Positions 41,221-51,565 of a DNA stretch of 64,000 bases are shown piece after piece (position 1 is the first letter of the stretch; every line of letters starts with the position of its first letter). Source of the stretch: an uncultured Chloroflexia bacterium. Its GTDB lineage: Bacteria; Chloroflexota; Anaerolineae; JAAYZQ01. The stretch lies in NCBI GenBank assembly GCA_963700285.1, contig CAVOXA010000010.1, forward strand, positions 160,001-224,000, in the 5' to 3' direction. Below the pieces are notes generated by a model. That model ran no database searches. It saw only the letters and a list, made by a program, of their open reading frames with translations, and was not told where the DNA came from. The translations under genes and the position numbers were made by a program.

Positions 41221-41249
41221 TTGACGAAAACATAGATATGGATTATAAT
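41221..41249 (+). promoter_or_regulatory. distal sigma70 promoter upstream of yceI
   Basis: TTGACG-17 nt-TATAAT. Confidence 0.65.
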
Positions 41250-41357
41250 AAATACAAAGATCTAGTGGTTGGCATGCGACCGGGTCGCTCGAAGACTACT
41301 TGATAAGTTGATGCGATCCGGCACGATCGCAACAGTGCTCGGATCCAGTCGTGCTGT

Positions 41358-41386
41358 TTGACTTAAGAGAAATCTTGGACTATAAT
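41358..41386 (+). promoter_or_regulatory. proximal sigma70 promoter of yceI
   Basis: TTGACT-17 nt-TATAAT, then RBS AAAGGA. Confidence 0.7.
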
Positions 41387-41410
41387 AGAATGAAAGAAAG
41401 GAACTAACCC

Positions 41411-41932
41411 ATGGCTTGGAAAGTTGATCCTACCACATCAAAAGTCGAGTTCACGATCAAGCACCTCATGATCACCAGACAGAGAGGCCGCTTCGAGTCC
41501 TTTGAGGGAAGCCTCAATATGGACGAGGCGGACCCACAGGCATCCTCGGTCGAGGGGACCATCGATGTCGCCAGCATTCGAACCGGCATTGGGCCGCGCG
41601 ACAGTAACCTGCGTTCGTCGGCCTATTTCGACGCAAAGCGCTTCCCGCAGATGAGCTTCCGCAGCACGCGCGTTGGGCCCTTTGAAGGGGATCGGTTTCA
41701 GGTTTTTGGTGATCTGACCATCAAGGAGACGACCCGTCCCGTAGTATTCGACGTCGTCAACAAGGGAGAGATGCCAGGCACTCAGGATGGGCGACGTTGG
41801 GCCTTTCACGCCAGCATCGTCCTGAACCGTAAGGACTATGGCGTCTACTGGAACGCACTGACAGAATTGGGCGGCCTGCTCCTTGGGGACGATGTACAGG
41901 GCGAACTCGAACTGCAAATGGTGTATGAATAA
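41411..41932 (+). CDS. yceI: YceI-family polyisoprenoid/quinone-binding protein (no signal peptide)
   Basis: WKVDPTTSKVEFTIKHLMI, SIRTG..RDSNLRS..YFD..RFP, GDLTIK and LNRKDYG. Confidence 0.9.
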   Translation: MAWKVDPTTSKVEFTIKHLMITRQRGRFESFEGSLNMDEADPQASSVEGTIDVASIRTGIGPRDSNLRSSAYFDAKRFPQMSFRSTRVGPFEGDRFQVFGDLTIKETTRPVVFDVVNKGEMPGTQDGRRWAFHASIVLNRKDYGVYWNALTELGGLLLGDDVQGELELQMVYE

Positions 41933-42034
41933 CCTTTCCTGATCTGAAAGGATGCGGCGGCCGGCATATTGTGCTGGCAACTCCTTGGCCGACGCTGGTC
42001 ATCGAGATCTCATAGACGGTGAATGGAGCTCCCT

Positions 42035-42595
42035 ATGACAGGTAGAACAAAAGCCCGACGCAAGGGACTGCGCCGGGCACTCCTTATCCTTCTGCCTTTG
42101 GCCCTGGTGGCTGTCGCTGCCATGGTCGTGCAGAGCCAGGCCACGGCTGAAGAGACCCCCGCCGAAGCGATCCAATTTAACCACCAGAAGCATGTCTCTG
42201 CCGGTGCCCAATGCCTCTTCTGCCACCCAGGTGGCTACCTCGGCACGGTGGCTGGCATTCCCTCCGTACGCAAGTGCGTAGGCTGTCACGAAAACATCCA
42301 GGTCACGAGTGAAGCGGGCCAGGTCCAGGTCGACCAATTGATGCAGATCTGGGAATCGCGCGAGCCCCTGATCTGGCGCAAAGTCGTTGACCTGCCTGAT
42401 TTTGTCTACTTTTCCCACATGCCCCACATCTCAGCCGGCAAGAATTGCGAAAGATGCCACGGCGACGTGGGCCAAATGACCGTCACCGTGCAGGCCTTCC
42501 GCATCAACATGGGCTTCTGTCTGAAGCAGTGCCACCGCCACGAGGATCCTGCCCGGCGCGAACGCCTGATGGCCTGTGTCACGTGCCACCAGTAG
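42035..42595 (+). CDS. actA: membrane-anchored pentaheme cytochrome c (ActA/QrcA-like)
   Basis: TM helix; CLFCH, CVGCH, CERCH, CLKQCH and CVTCH; LPDFVYFSH and MGFC hallmarks. Confidence 0.88.
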   Translation: MTGRTKARRKGLRRALLILLPLALVAVAAMVVQSQATAEETPAEAIQFNHQKHVSAGAQCLFCHPGGYLGTVAGIPSVRKCVGCHENIQVTSEAGQVQVDQLMQIWESREPLIWRKVVDLPDFVYFSHMPHISAGKNCERCHGDVGQMTVTVQAFRINMGFCLKQCHRHEDPARRERLMACVTCHQ

Positions 42596-42670
42596 GGGCG
42601 GACAGACCCCGCCAGAGACAAGCACGATTGCGGACCGACGGCGTCCGATGGGGGAGCAAAGAGGCCACCG

Positions 42671-44862
42671 ATGTCAAACCAACTGACCCGACGTAATTTT
42701 CTCAAGGTAAGCGCCATGGCAGCAGCCGCCACCGTCGTAAGCGGCTGCACCCCCACCATGCAGCGCACCGAGTATTTGGAATCGTACGTGATGCCTCCTG
42801 AGGAGGGGCTGCCAGGCGAGAACTTGTGGTACGCCAGTACCTGCCGGCAGTGTTCGGCCGGATGTGGTACCTTGGTGCGGCTGAGCGGCGGGCGTGCGCG
42901 AAAAGTCGAGGGCAACCCCTTGCATCCTCTGAATCAGGGCAAACTGTGCGCCCGGGGGCAGGCCGCGCTTCAGGAGACGTGGGATCCCGACCGTCTGCGA
43001 AACGCTGTGCAACAGCCGCAGCGCGGCTCGAGGCAGTTCGAACCATTGTACTGGCCCGAAGCACTGTCGATGCTTTCCGATCGTCTAGGCAGCGTGGATC
43101 CGGCCTCGGTCGCCTTCCTGGGTGGCAACCTGTCTACCCATCTATGGGTCGTCGTCAGGCGCTTCATGGAGGCCATGGGAGGTCGGTCGCCGGTGGCCTA
43201 TACGCTGGCGGATGATCTGTGGGGCCAGCAAGCCCTGGTCAAGAGCAGCGAGGCGCTGTTTGGGGCGGCTGCCGTCCCCCTGTTCGACGTGGCAAACGCC
43301 AACGCGGTATTTTCCTTCGGGGCCAGCTTCCTCGAAACCTGGCTCTCTCCCGTTCATTACGGCCAGGCCTATGCCCGGATGCGCCGTGGGCTTGTAGGCA
43401 AGCGGGGCTACCTGGTGCAGTTCGAGCCTCGCCTGTCCAGCACAGCCGCCGTCGCCGACGAGTGGATCCCGGTCCGACCGGGCACAGAAGGTTTGGTGGC
43501 CCTGGGGCTGGGCAAAATCCTCGTCGAGGAGGGATTGGCCGGTTCACCGCCAGACCCCCAACTCTACGCTGGAGTGGATGTTGGGGAGGTCGCGGCGGCT
43601 AGCGGCGTACCTGTCGAGACGTTGGAGAGACTGGCCCGGCTGTTTGCTGACGTGGGCAGCGTGGTGGCCATCCCAGGTGGGGCCGTAGCCGGTCATTTGA
43701 ACGGCGGTCCAGCCCTGGCTGCCGTACAAGCCCTGAACCAGCTCACCGGCCAACTGGGGCAGCCCGGCGGCGTCTACCTCCCCCCGCTCCGGCGGGCGAA
43801 GCCTTCACGCCTGCGCCTCTTTCGACCTACGCTGACGTCGGTGCCCTCACCGACGACATGGCCGCCGGTCGCGTGCAGGTGCTGCTGGTCCACGGCACGA
43901 ACCCCATGTTCGCGCTGCCACCTGGGCTGGGTTTCTCCGAGGCCCTGGCAAAGGTCGCCCTTGTCGTCTCCTTCAGTCCAACCGTAGACGAGACGGCCGT
44001 CCAGGCTGACCTGATCCTGCCCGATCACACCAGCTTGGAGGGCTGGGGTTACTATGCGCCGGCAGTTTCGAGCCGGACCATCGTCAGCAGCCAGCAACCG
44101 ATTATGCGCCCTCTGTACAGCACGCAGGCTACGGTCGATGTGTTCCTAGCGCTGGCGAGGGAACTGGGCGGTAGGGTAGCTCAGGCACTGCCCTGGCCCA
44201 ACGAAGTCGACTTTGTACGGGAAACGGTCGAGACGCTGAACGATGGGTCGGTGTCTCCCGACGTCTTCTGGGCCGAATGGCGCCAGCGCGGTGGCTACTG
44301 GTCCGAATCGGAAGAAACGCAGGCGCCAGCAGCCAGCGGTGGATTCTCCGGGCCATCGAGCGTGGCCGCACCAGGCCCCGGAGCAGATGCAGATCAGTAT
44401 CCCTACATGCTCTATCCCTACCCGTCCATCGCCCTGCTGGACGGGCGGGGGGCCAACAAGTCGTGGTTGCAGGAGATGCCGGATCCGATGACGACCGTCG
44501 CCTGGCAAACCTGGATCGAGCTCCATCCCCACACGGCCGAGGCGCTGGGTGTAGAGGCGGATGACATCGTACGGGTCATCTCCCCGGCCGGCGAAGTAGA
44601 AGCCATCGTCTACGTCTACCCCGGCATCGCTGACGAGGAGGTGGTGGCCATGCCCATCGGCCGGGGGCACACGGACTATGGCCGCTTTGCAGCGGGCAAG
44701 GGTACCAATCCGATCCGGCTCCTGAGTCCCGAGGCCGACCCAGCAACTGGAACCCTGGCCTGGGCGGCGACGCGGGTGCGCATTGAGCCCACCGGGGAGC
44801 AGAAAACACTGGCCCGCCTGGAAAGTCCGGCCGGCGTTGACTATATGCTGGAAGAGCACTAG
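42671..44862 (+). CDS. actB: Tat-exported molybdopterin-oxidoreductase-like subunit (ActB1/QrcB-like; frameshift ~43790)
   Basis: RRNFLK Tat motif + VSGC lipobox, CRQCSAGC-x27-C, KVEGNPLHP, ADLILPDHTSLEGWG and WLQEMPDPMT..W. Confidence 0.87.
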
Positions 44863-44927
44863 GCGCGTTACGTACCAGCAGAACATTGGAGCAAGGTAGA
44901 ATCTGATTTTGGGGGGAGCCGAGTTCT

Positions 44928-45641
44928 ATGACAGACAACTACCATTGGGGTATGGTCATTGACCTGGACCTCTGCACGGCGTGCCAGGCCTGCGTTGTGG
45001 CCTGCCACGCCGAGAACAATGTACCCGCGGTAGGTGAGGAAGAGGTGGTCCGCAGCCGGGGCATGCACTGGATCCGCATTGAACGCCACTGGCACGGGGG
45101 TGAAGAACACCCGCGAGCCGAGTTTATGCCCCTCCTGTGCCAGCAGTGCCAGAAAGCACCCTGCGAGCCAGTCTGCCCCATGTATGCCACCTACCACGAT
45201 ACCAACAACCAGATCAACGTGCAGGTCTACAACCGCTGCGCCGGCATCCGCTATTGCGGCGTCAACTGCCCCTACAAGGTCCGGACCTTTAACTGGTTCG
45301 ATCCCTACTTCCCGGAGCCGTTGAACGAGCAGCTCAATCCTGACGTTACGGTCCGCCGGCGCGGCATCATGGAGAAATGCAGTTTCTGCATCCAGCGCAT
45401 CCGGCGGGCCAGGGAGTGGTACAAGAACCAGGGCCTGCCTCTGGACACGTCCAAGGTCATCCCGGCCTGCGCGCAAACCTGCCCTACCGGCGCACTGGTT
45501 TTCGGGGACCTGGAAGATCCAGAGAGCGAGGTAGCGCAGTTGTACCAAAGCCCCCGGGGCTTTGCCCTGCTCGAGGAACTGGGTACCAAGCCCTCCATCC
45601 GTTACCTGAAACGAGGCGAGTCCTATGTCCCTTACGGATAG
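44928..45641 (+). CDS. 4Fe-4S ferredoxin subunit (ActB2/QrcC/NrfC-like)
   Basis: CTACQACVVACHAEN, CQQC..APCEPVCP, QVYNRC.G.RYC..NCPY and RGIMEKCSFC. Confidence 0.92.
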   Translation: MTDNYHWGMVIDLDLCTACQACVVACHAENNVPAVGEEEVVRSRGMHWIRIERHWHGGEEHPRAEFMPLLCQQCQKAPCEPVCPMYATYHDTNNQINVQVYNRCAGIRYCGVNCPYKVRTFNWFDPYFPEPLNEQLNPDVTVRRRGIMEKCSFCIQRIRRAREWYKNQGLPLDTSKVIPACAQTCPTGALVFGDLEDPESEVAQLYQSPRGFALLEELGTKPSIRYLKRGESYVPYG

Positions 45642-47079
45642 TGTCAAGGACTGGGCGGGGAGCAGCGCCCCCTCCGCGCAGACGCACGAGGAAGTCGACT
45701 ACAGCAGCTCGCTGATGTATGACCCCCGGCCGCAAGGGGAAATGAACCGCATCGTCTTGGAGGCGATGCAGCGCACCGGCCGGGAATATTGGATCGTAGT
45801 GGGTATCCTCGCCTTCCTGGCTCTGGGCGGCTTTCTGGGCGCCTGGCTGTACATGATCCTGACCGGGATGGGCGTAACCGGACTGAGCCGCCCAAACTTT
45901 TGGGGTATGTTTATCGCCAGCTTTATCTTTTGGATCGGCATCAGCCACGCCGGCACCTTCATATCGGCCATCCTGCGAGTCTTTAATGCCGAATACCGCC
46001 TGCCGATCACGCGCGCTGCGGAGATGATGACCAGCACCTCCCTCCTCGTGGCCGCGTCGTTTCTGGGCATCCATGTGGGCCGGGTTTGGGTCGCCTATTG
46101 GATCGCGCCCTATCCCAACCAGCGCGGTTTGTGGCCCAACTACCACTCCCCCTTCCTTTGGGACGAGATGGCCATTGCGACCTACCTGGTGGGCAGCACG
46201 CTCTATCTCTTCCTGCCGCTGATCCCAGACCTGGCCATGGCTCGCGACCATTTGAAGGGCTGGCGCTACCGGCTCTACCGGGCGCTGTCCCTGGGCTGGA
46301 CGGGCACCGAGCGCCAGTGGCAGAATCTGCACACCGCCATCAAGATCTTTTCCATCGCCATCATCCCCGTCATGTTCTCGGTGCACACCATCGTCTCCTG
46401 GGACTTGGCCATGACCAAGGCGATTGGCTGGCGCAGCTCGATCTTTGCGCCCTACTTTATCGTCGGCGCCGTGTTCTCGGGGCTGTCGGCAGCCATCACG
46501 GTGCTGATCATCGCCCGTTCCAGCATGAAGCTCCAGTATTTTATCCGCCGCGAGCACCTCGACGGCTTGGCCAGGCTGGTGCTGATCTTTTCCTTCATCT
46601 GGACCTACTTTTTCTTTGCCGACTTTCTCATGGAATGGTACGGCGGCGATGCCGCGGGACACGCGCTCACTGAGCTCCTGACCCAGGGCGCGATGGCTCC
46701 CTTCTGGTACACCATGCTCTTCTTCAACATCGTCGTGCCCTGCCTGACGCTCTGGAACAAAAGGGTGCGCAACTCGCCTATCGCGCTCCTGTTGATCACC
46801 CTCGGCATCAATATCGGCATGTATTTGGAGCGCTACATCATCGTCACCGGCTTCCTACAGCGCAACCACCTCCCCTTCAACTGGGGCGATTACTCGCCAT
46901 CGGTGGTAGAGATCTCGATCGTGACCGGCTCGCTGGCCGCCTTTCTCCTCTTGTACGCGCTACTGTCGCGCCTGATACCCTTGATCCCGATCTGGGAAGT
47001 GCGCGAGGGCCAGATAGCCCACGGCCTGAAGCGCGTGGGCGCGACCACGCTCAAGACGGTTACCGAGCTGGAAGAATAG
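45625..47079 (+). CDS. actC: NrfD-family quinol-binding membrane subunit ActC
   Basis: FWIGISHAGTFISAIL, R.AEMMT, IHVGRVW, SPFLWD, SVHTIVSWD and YLERY. Confidence 0.92.
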   Translation: MSLTDSVKDWAGSSAPSAQTHEEVDYSSSLMYDPRPQGEMNRIVLEAMQRTGREYWIVVGILAFLALGGFLGAWLYMILTGMGVTGLSRPNFWGMFIASFIFWIGISHAGTFISAILRVFNAEYRLPITRAAEMMTSTSLLVAASFLGIHVGRVWVAYWIAPYPNQRGLWPNYHSPFLWDEMAIATYLVGSTLYLFLPLIPDLAMARDHLKGWRYRLYRALSLGWTGTERQWQNLHTAIKIFSIAIIPVMFSVHTIVSWDLAMTKAIGWRSSIFAPYFIVGAVFSGLSAAITVLIIARSSMKLQYFIRREHLDGLARLVLIFSFIWTYFFFADFLMEWYGGDAAGHALTELLTQGAMAPFWYTMLFFNIVVPCLTLWNKRVRNSPIALLLITLGINIGMYLERYIIVTGFLQRNHLPFNWGDYSPSVVEISIVTGSLAAFLLLYALLSRLIPLIPIWEVREGQIAHGLKRVGATTLKTVTELEE

Positions 47080-47089
47080 GAGTTAAGCC

Positions 47090-47632
47090 ATGGCGGAACA
47101 ACCACAGCCGCTGGAACCAGCCATTGTCATGAGCTCATTCTTGGAGATCGACCCCACGACCGCTGCCCTCCAAGAGCTTCGGTCGTTGGGCATCCCGGAC
47201 GGAGATGTGACCGTGCGTTCCAGCTTACCCTACTCGGCCGAAATCCTGGGGCGACCCCACGCCAAGAGCAAGCTGACCGTCATCAGCCTCGTGGCAGCCC
47301 TGGTGGGTTTGGGGGTGGGCATCTTTTTCACGGTCATCACGCCCTTTCTGTATATCATCCGCGTGGGTGGGCAGCCCATCGTGCCCCTGCCGCCTACGGC
47401 CCTGCTCCTGTACGAGTTCATCATGCTCGCCCTGATCATAGGCACCTTTGGCGGCTTCCTGGCGCTGAACCGCTTCCCAGACAGCAAGCCCCAGCACTAC
47501 GATCCCGATCTGACCAACGGCCGGATCAACCTGCTGGTCCACTCGCCTGCGGACAGAAAGGCCAACGTCGTCGCCATCCTCGAGGCACACGGGGGCGAGG
47601 TCATCCAGGATCCGGAACGGAGGAGTCTATGA
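47090..47632 (+). CDS. actD: ActD (DUF3341) subunit
   Basis: Two TMs with VGGQP and YEF; position after actC. Confidence 0.78.
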   Translation: MAEQPQPLEPAIVMSSFLEIDPTTAALQELRSLGIPDGDVTVRSSLPYSAEILGRPHAKSKLTVISLVAALVGLGVGIFFTVITPFLYIIRVGGQPIVPLPPTALLLYEFIMLALIIGTFGGFLALNRFPDSKPQHYDPDLTNGRINLLVHSPADRKANVVAILEAHGGEVIQDPERRSL

Positions 47633-48165
47633 GCGCACACGCCGAAAAGGAGCGGCCCAGGATCTGGCGTTGGCTCATCCCCCTTCTGATCCTACTGGCA
47701 GTTGGAGCCCTGCTGCTCATGCTGACCTACGAGATCATCTATGTGGATTTCGTCAGCTTTATGGAGGATCAGCCTTCGGTTGGCTACCAGGAGCCGCCGC
47801 GCCGGTACGCGGCAGAGGGAGCGGTGTCCATTGAGCGACCTGCCTACCTCAATGAACCGGCCACCATGGTGAACCCTGTCCCGTCCGACGAGGTATCCCT
47901 GCAGCGTGGGGCGCTCCTCTTTGGCACGCATTGTGCCCTGTGTCACGGGCCCAAGGGCCGGGGTGACGGGCCCATCGTAGACTACTGGAAGCCCGATGCT
48001 CGCCGGCCAGCCGACCTGTCCGCAGAGCGATTCAAGCAGTATCCCGACAGCCTGTTGTACGGGGTCATTACCCAGGGGATTGGCGGTATGCCGCCCCTGC
48101 GCGAAAACATGAACGAGCGTCAATACTGGGATGTGATCAACTTTGTGCGTACGCTCCAACCATGA
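47629..48165 (+). CDS. actE: monoheme cytochrome c ActE
   Basis: MEDQPS, NPVP..RG..LF..CALCHG..G.GDG and G.GGMP. Confidence 0.85.
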   Translation: MSAHAEKERPRIWRWLIPLLILLAVGALLLMLTYEIIYVDFVSFMEDQPSVGYQEPPRRYAAEGAVSIERPAYLNEPATMVNPVPSDEVSLQRGALLFGTHCALCHGPKGRGDGPIVDYWKPDARRPADLSAERFKQYPDSLLYGVITQGIGGMPPLRENMNERQYWDVINFVRTLQP

Positions 48166-48182
48166 CCGGTGGAAAGGAACCG

Positions 48183-48644
48183 ATGGTGAAACGTTTTACC
48201 CTTCTGACCATGGCCCTGATGGTAATCGCCTTGTTCGCTCTTGGCTGTGCCTACCAACCGGATGTGCCGCCAACGCCGATCCCGACCCTGGCTCCCGCTA
48301 CGATGCCGCCTGCACCGCCGACCCAACCTGCCGCCAGCGCGGAGGCGACGGCCGGCCCTGCCCCCGAAGGAGGCACTGCCGGCGCCAACGACCTGGTAAC
48401 AGCGGGCAGCCAAGTATTCGAGCAGACCTGCGCCGTTTGTCACAATCTGAACACAGAGACCAAGGTGGGGCCAGGCCTGGCCGGCCTCTTTGACCGGCAG
48501 CAGCTACCCAACGGCAATCCTGTCAGCGAGGCGAACCTGAAGGAATGGATTGTCACAGGCGGTGGCGCCATGCCGGGACTGCCCCTGACTGACGAGCAGC
48601 TAGCAGGGGTCGTTGCCTTCCTCCAGGACGCGACGCAGCAATAG
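48183..48644 (+). CDS. lipoprotein monoheme cytochrome c with Pro-rich tether
   Basis: ALGC lipobox, PTPIPTLAP linker, CAVCH, VGPGL and GGGAMP. Confidence 0.85.
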   Translation: MVKRFTLLTMALMVIALFALGCAYQPDVPPTPIPTLAPATMPPAPPTQPAASAEATAGPAPEGGTAGANDLVTAGSQVFEQTCAVCHNLNTETKVGPGLAGLFDRQQLPNGNPVSEANLKEWIVTGGGAMPGLPLTDEQLAGVVAFLQDATQQ

Positions 48645-48665
48645 CCCACAGGGAATAATGAGGCC

Positions 48666-49571
48666 GTGACCGCTTCAGCCACATCGGGACGGATGCCAGT
48701 CAAAGACCTCTTGCTCCACCTGAGGTTGCAGTGGCAGATCCTCCTGGCCCCCCTGTTCCTGTGGGGCTTTCTGCTTTCGGCAGGCGCAAGAGCGCCCGGC
48801 CTGATCACGCCCGAGTTCTGGCTCGTCTTTTTCATCTTTCACGTAATGTTCTACGGCGGAGCCACAGCCCTAAACTCCTACTATGACCAGGATGAAGGCC
48901 CTGTCGGCGGGCTGTGGGAGCCGCCTCAGGCTACCCATGACCTCTTGGTCTTTGCTGTGGCGCTACAAGTTCTCGGGCTGGGGCTGCTCTTCTTCATCAG
49001 CCGTCCCCTCTTTGTCCTGGCCCTGATCATGGGGGCCGTAGGCAACGCCTACTCCCATCCAGCCACCCGCCTCAAAGCAAAGCCCTGGACCAGCCTGCTG
49101 GCGGTGAGCGTTTTCCAGGGCATGGGTGGCACGGCTGCGGGTTGGCTCTACGCCCAGGAGAACTGGCAGACCTTGTTCACCGCGGAGGGGATCCTGGCCA
49201 TGCTGGCTGCGGCGCTGATCATCACCGGCTTTTACCCGCTGACGCAGATCTACCAACGGGAACAGGACCGGAAGCAGGGAGTGGTCTCATTTGCCGTCTA
49301 TGCAGGAGAAAGATGCTTCCCCCTGGCCATCACCTGCATGCTGGCGGCGGCTGGTTTGCTGGGCTATCTCGCCTGGCGTACCTTTGGCCCCTTTGAGGCC
49401 CTGCTGGCGTTTGTTGGCCCGGTCGGGCTGGCGGTCTATATCGGTATCTGGTGGCGGCGGTACGACGACAGCCAGGTACGGACCAACTACCTGTGGATGA
49501 TGCGCCTGGGCTATCTGATGACCGGCGGGTTCCTGGTTTTTCTCCTTTACGTATTCTTCCTGGGGCTTTAG
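48666..49571 (+). CDS. UbiA-family prenyltransferase
   Basis: Many TMs; ALNSYYDQDEGP, AYSHP..RLK and YPLTQIYQREQD..QG. Confidence 0.82.
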   Translation: MTASATSGRMPVKDLLLHLRLQWQILLAPLFLWGFLLSAGARAPGLITPEFWLVFFIFHVMFYGGATALNSYYDQDEGPVGGLWEPPQATHDLLVFAVALQVLGLGLLFFISRPLFVLALIMGAVGNAYSHPATRLKAKPWTSLLAVSVFQGMGGTAAGWLYAQENWQTLFTAEGILAMLAAALIITGFYPLTQIYQREQDRKQGVVSFAVYAGERCFPLAITCMLAAAGLLGYLAWRTFGPFEALLAFVGPVGLAVYIGIWWRRYDDSQVRTNYLWMMRLGYLMTGGFLVFLLYVFFLGL

Positions 49572-49575
49572 AGCT

Positions 49576-50796
49576 ATGCCCCACTGGGATTACGACGTCA
49601 TTGTCGTCGGCGCCGGCGTTGCCGGGGCCTCCAGCGCCATCCTGCTGGGCCGGGAGGGCTATCGCGTTCTGCTGGTGGACCGGGCCGTGTTCCCCCGCCA
49701 CAAAACGTGCGGTGAAGGGATCATGCCCGAGGGGGTGAGGATCCTCGGCGCTCTGGGGGTGCTGCCTGCCGTCCTCGAGCAGGCCGGCCCTCAAGTCCGG
49801 GGCCTCAGGTTCCGCAGCCAGGCCGGTGTGTGGGCTCAGGCCGATTTTCCCCCGGTGTCGGGCGAGCGCGCCTACAGCGTCGTGGTCCGTCGCTACGAAC
49901 TGGATCATCTACTCGTTCAGGCTGCAAAGTCCTTGTCCAACGTCACCGTCCGGGAGGGCTTTGCGATGTTGGAAGCCCTCCACGATGGAGGCTCGATCCA
50001 GGGCATTGTCGGCCATCCGGTGGATCGGATGGGGGGCCGCGAGACACTGCAGGCGCCGCTGACGCTGGCCGCCGACGGTATGCGCTCCCAGTTTCACAAC
50101 CGGTATGGCATCACCAGGGCAGTTCGACGCCGTCAGCGCTGGGGAATATCGGGGCACCTTCATGGAGTCCAGGACCTGCGTCCCTACATCGAGGTCCTGT
50201 ACCAAGGGGAGTACGAGGTTTATCTTGCCCCGCTGGGCGGTGACCTGGCACTAGTGGCGATTCTGCTGGAAAAGAAGGCAATGCGCGCCTTCCGGGGTGA
50301 TCTAGCCAGCGCCTACCACCAGTTCTTGAAGGCGGATTCGGCGCTCGGCCCCAGGATCCGACAGAGCGAGGTCGTACCCCCGGTGGGGGCCCGGGGACCA
50401 CTGGGATTCACAGTCGAGCCGGTCTACCTGCCTGGCCTACTGCTGGTGGGCGACAGCGCCGGGTTCATCGACCCCATCACCGGCGAAGGGATGACCCTGG
50501 CGCTCAAGGGCGTGCAGGCGGCCGTGCCGGTCGTAAAACGGGCCTTTGAAACCGGGGATTTTGGCCATGATGTCCTGGGCCAGTATGCGATGGAGCGGGC
50601 ACGAACCATTGAGGATGTAGCCAAGCTCACCCAGCTCATGTTGGAGGTGTCACGCTCCAGCCTGCTGGCCGATCGGGCGATCCGCCGCCTGAGTAAGGAC
50701 GAAAAGCTGTTTCAGAAGCTCATGGGCATCGTCACCGGCGCCAACCGCTACAACGATTTTACGCTCAGGGATAGGCTGGCCCTGGCCTTGGGGTGA
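49576..50796 (+). CDS. NAD(P)/FAD-dependent oxidoreductase (geranylgeranyl reductase/aromatic hydroxylase family)
   Basis: DVIVVGAGVAG, FPRHKTCGEG, ADG and GDSAGFIDPITGEGM. Confidence 0.88.
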   Translation: MPHWDYDVIVVGAGVAGASSAILLGREGYRVLLVDRAVFPRHKTCGEGIMPEGVRILGALGVLPAVLEQAGPQVRGLRFRSQAGVWAQADFPPVSGERAYSVVVRRYELDHLLVQAAKSLSNVTVREGFAMLEALHDGGSIQGIVGHPVDRMGGRETLQAPLTLAADGMRSQFHNRYGITRAVRRRQRWGISGHLHGVQDLRPYIEVLYQGEYEVYLAPLGGDLALVAILLEKKAMRAFRGDLASAYHQFLKADSALGPRIRQSEVVPPVGARGPLGFTVEPVYLPGLLLVGDSAGFIDPITGEGMTLALKGVQAAVPVVKRAFETGDFGHDVLGQYAMERARTIEDVAKLTQLMLEVSRSSLLADRAIRRLSKDEKLFQKLMGIVTGANRYNDFTLRDRLALALG

Positions 50797-50860
50797 TACG
50801 GTTTTCTCCAATTTTCCGCCGGCCAAAACTTGGCCCAGATGCAGCACTCGGACCAGAACC

Positions 50861-51565
50861 ATGCTAGATCACCGTGTGTCAGGTCCCGAATGGATGGACG
50901 GGCCCGATTTTGGCCGCCAGCAGGTAGCTGATACCTTTCGTTTCTTGGTGCCGGTGAATCGCCTGTTTGGCGGGATCCGCCCAGCACTGTCCTTCTTCCG
51001 ACAGGAGAGCCGAACCTGGGACCGCCAGCAAACCTACCATATCCTCGACGCGGGATGCGGCGTGGGAGATGTGGCCCTGGCCCTCGCCAAGTGGGCCCGT
51101 CGCAGCGGCTTCCAACTCCGGATCGATGCTGTGGACAAGCATCCCGCGGCTGTCGAGCTTGGCCGCCAGAAGTGCCAGGCCTACCCCGAGATCGAGTTCT
51201 TTTGCCGCGATGTCCTGCAGTACAAGGGCGCAGAGTATGACTATGTCCACGCCTCCCAGTTCGTCCACCACTTCCCGGACGAGGAGGTTGGTCCCCTGCT
51301 ATGGCATTTTCTGGCCATGTGCCAACACAAAGTGGTGGTCAACGATCTAGTACGCGCCCCGCTGGCCTATCTGGCCACCTGGCTGTTCACGCTGGTGACA
51401 TCGCCCGTGTTCCGACACGACGCACGGTTATCGGTCAAGCGGGGGTTCCGGCTCGAGGAGCTTCGAAAACTGCTAAAAGAAGGCGGCGTCCATGATTTTC
51501 GCCTTGAGCGTCGCTTTTTCTACCGCTTTCTTCTTGTCGTGAACAAGATGGACATTCCTACCTAA
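50861..51565 (+). CDS. class I SAM-dependent methyltransferase (type III PKS-associated type)
   Basis: R...EWMD...VNRLFGG, ILDAGCGVGD, FVHH, NDL.R and HD..LSV.RGF. Confidence 0.85.
   Translation: MLDHRVSGPEWMDGPDFGRQQVADTFRFLVPVNRLFGGIRPALSFFRQESRTWDRQQTYHILDAGCGVGDVALALAKWARRSGFQLRIDAVDKHPAAVELGRQKCQAYPEIEFFCRDVLQYKGAEYDYVHASQFVHHFPDEEVGPLLWHFLAMCQHKVVVNDLVRAPLAYLATWLFTLVTSPVFRHDARLSVKRGFRLEELRKLLKEGGVHDFRLERRFFYRFLLVVNKMDIPT

Noticed and set aside
42592-42613. GTAGGGGCGG...CCGCC after actA read as a GTAG-family REP
   Set aside because: Single copy in the window with only a 5-bp stem.
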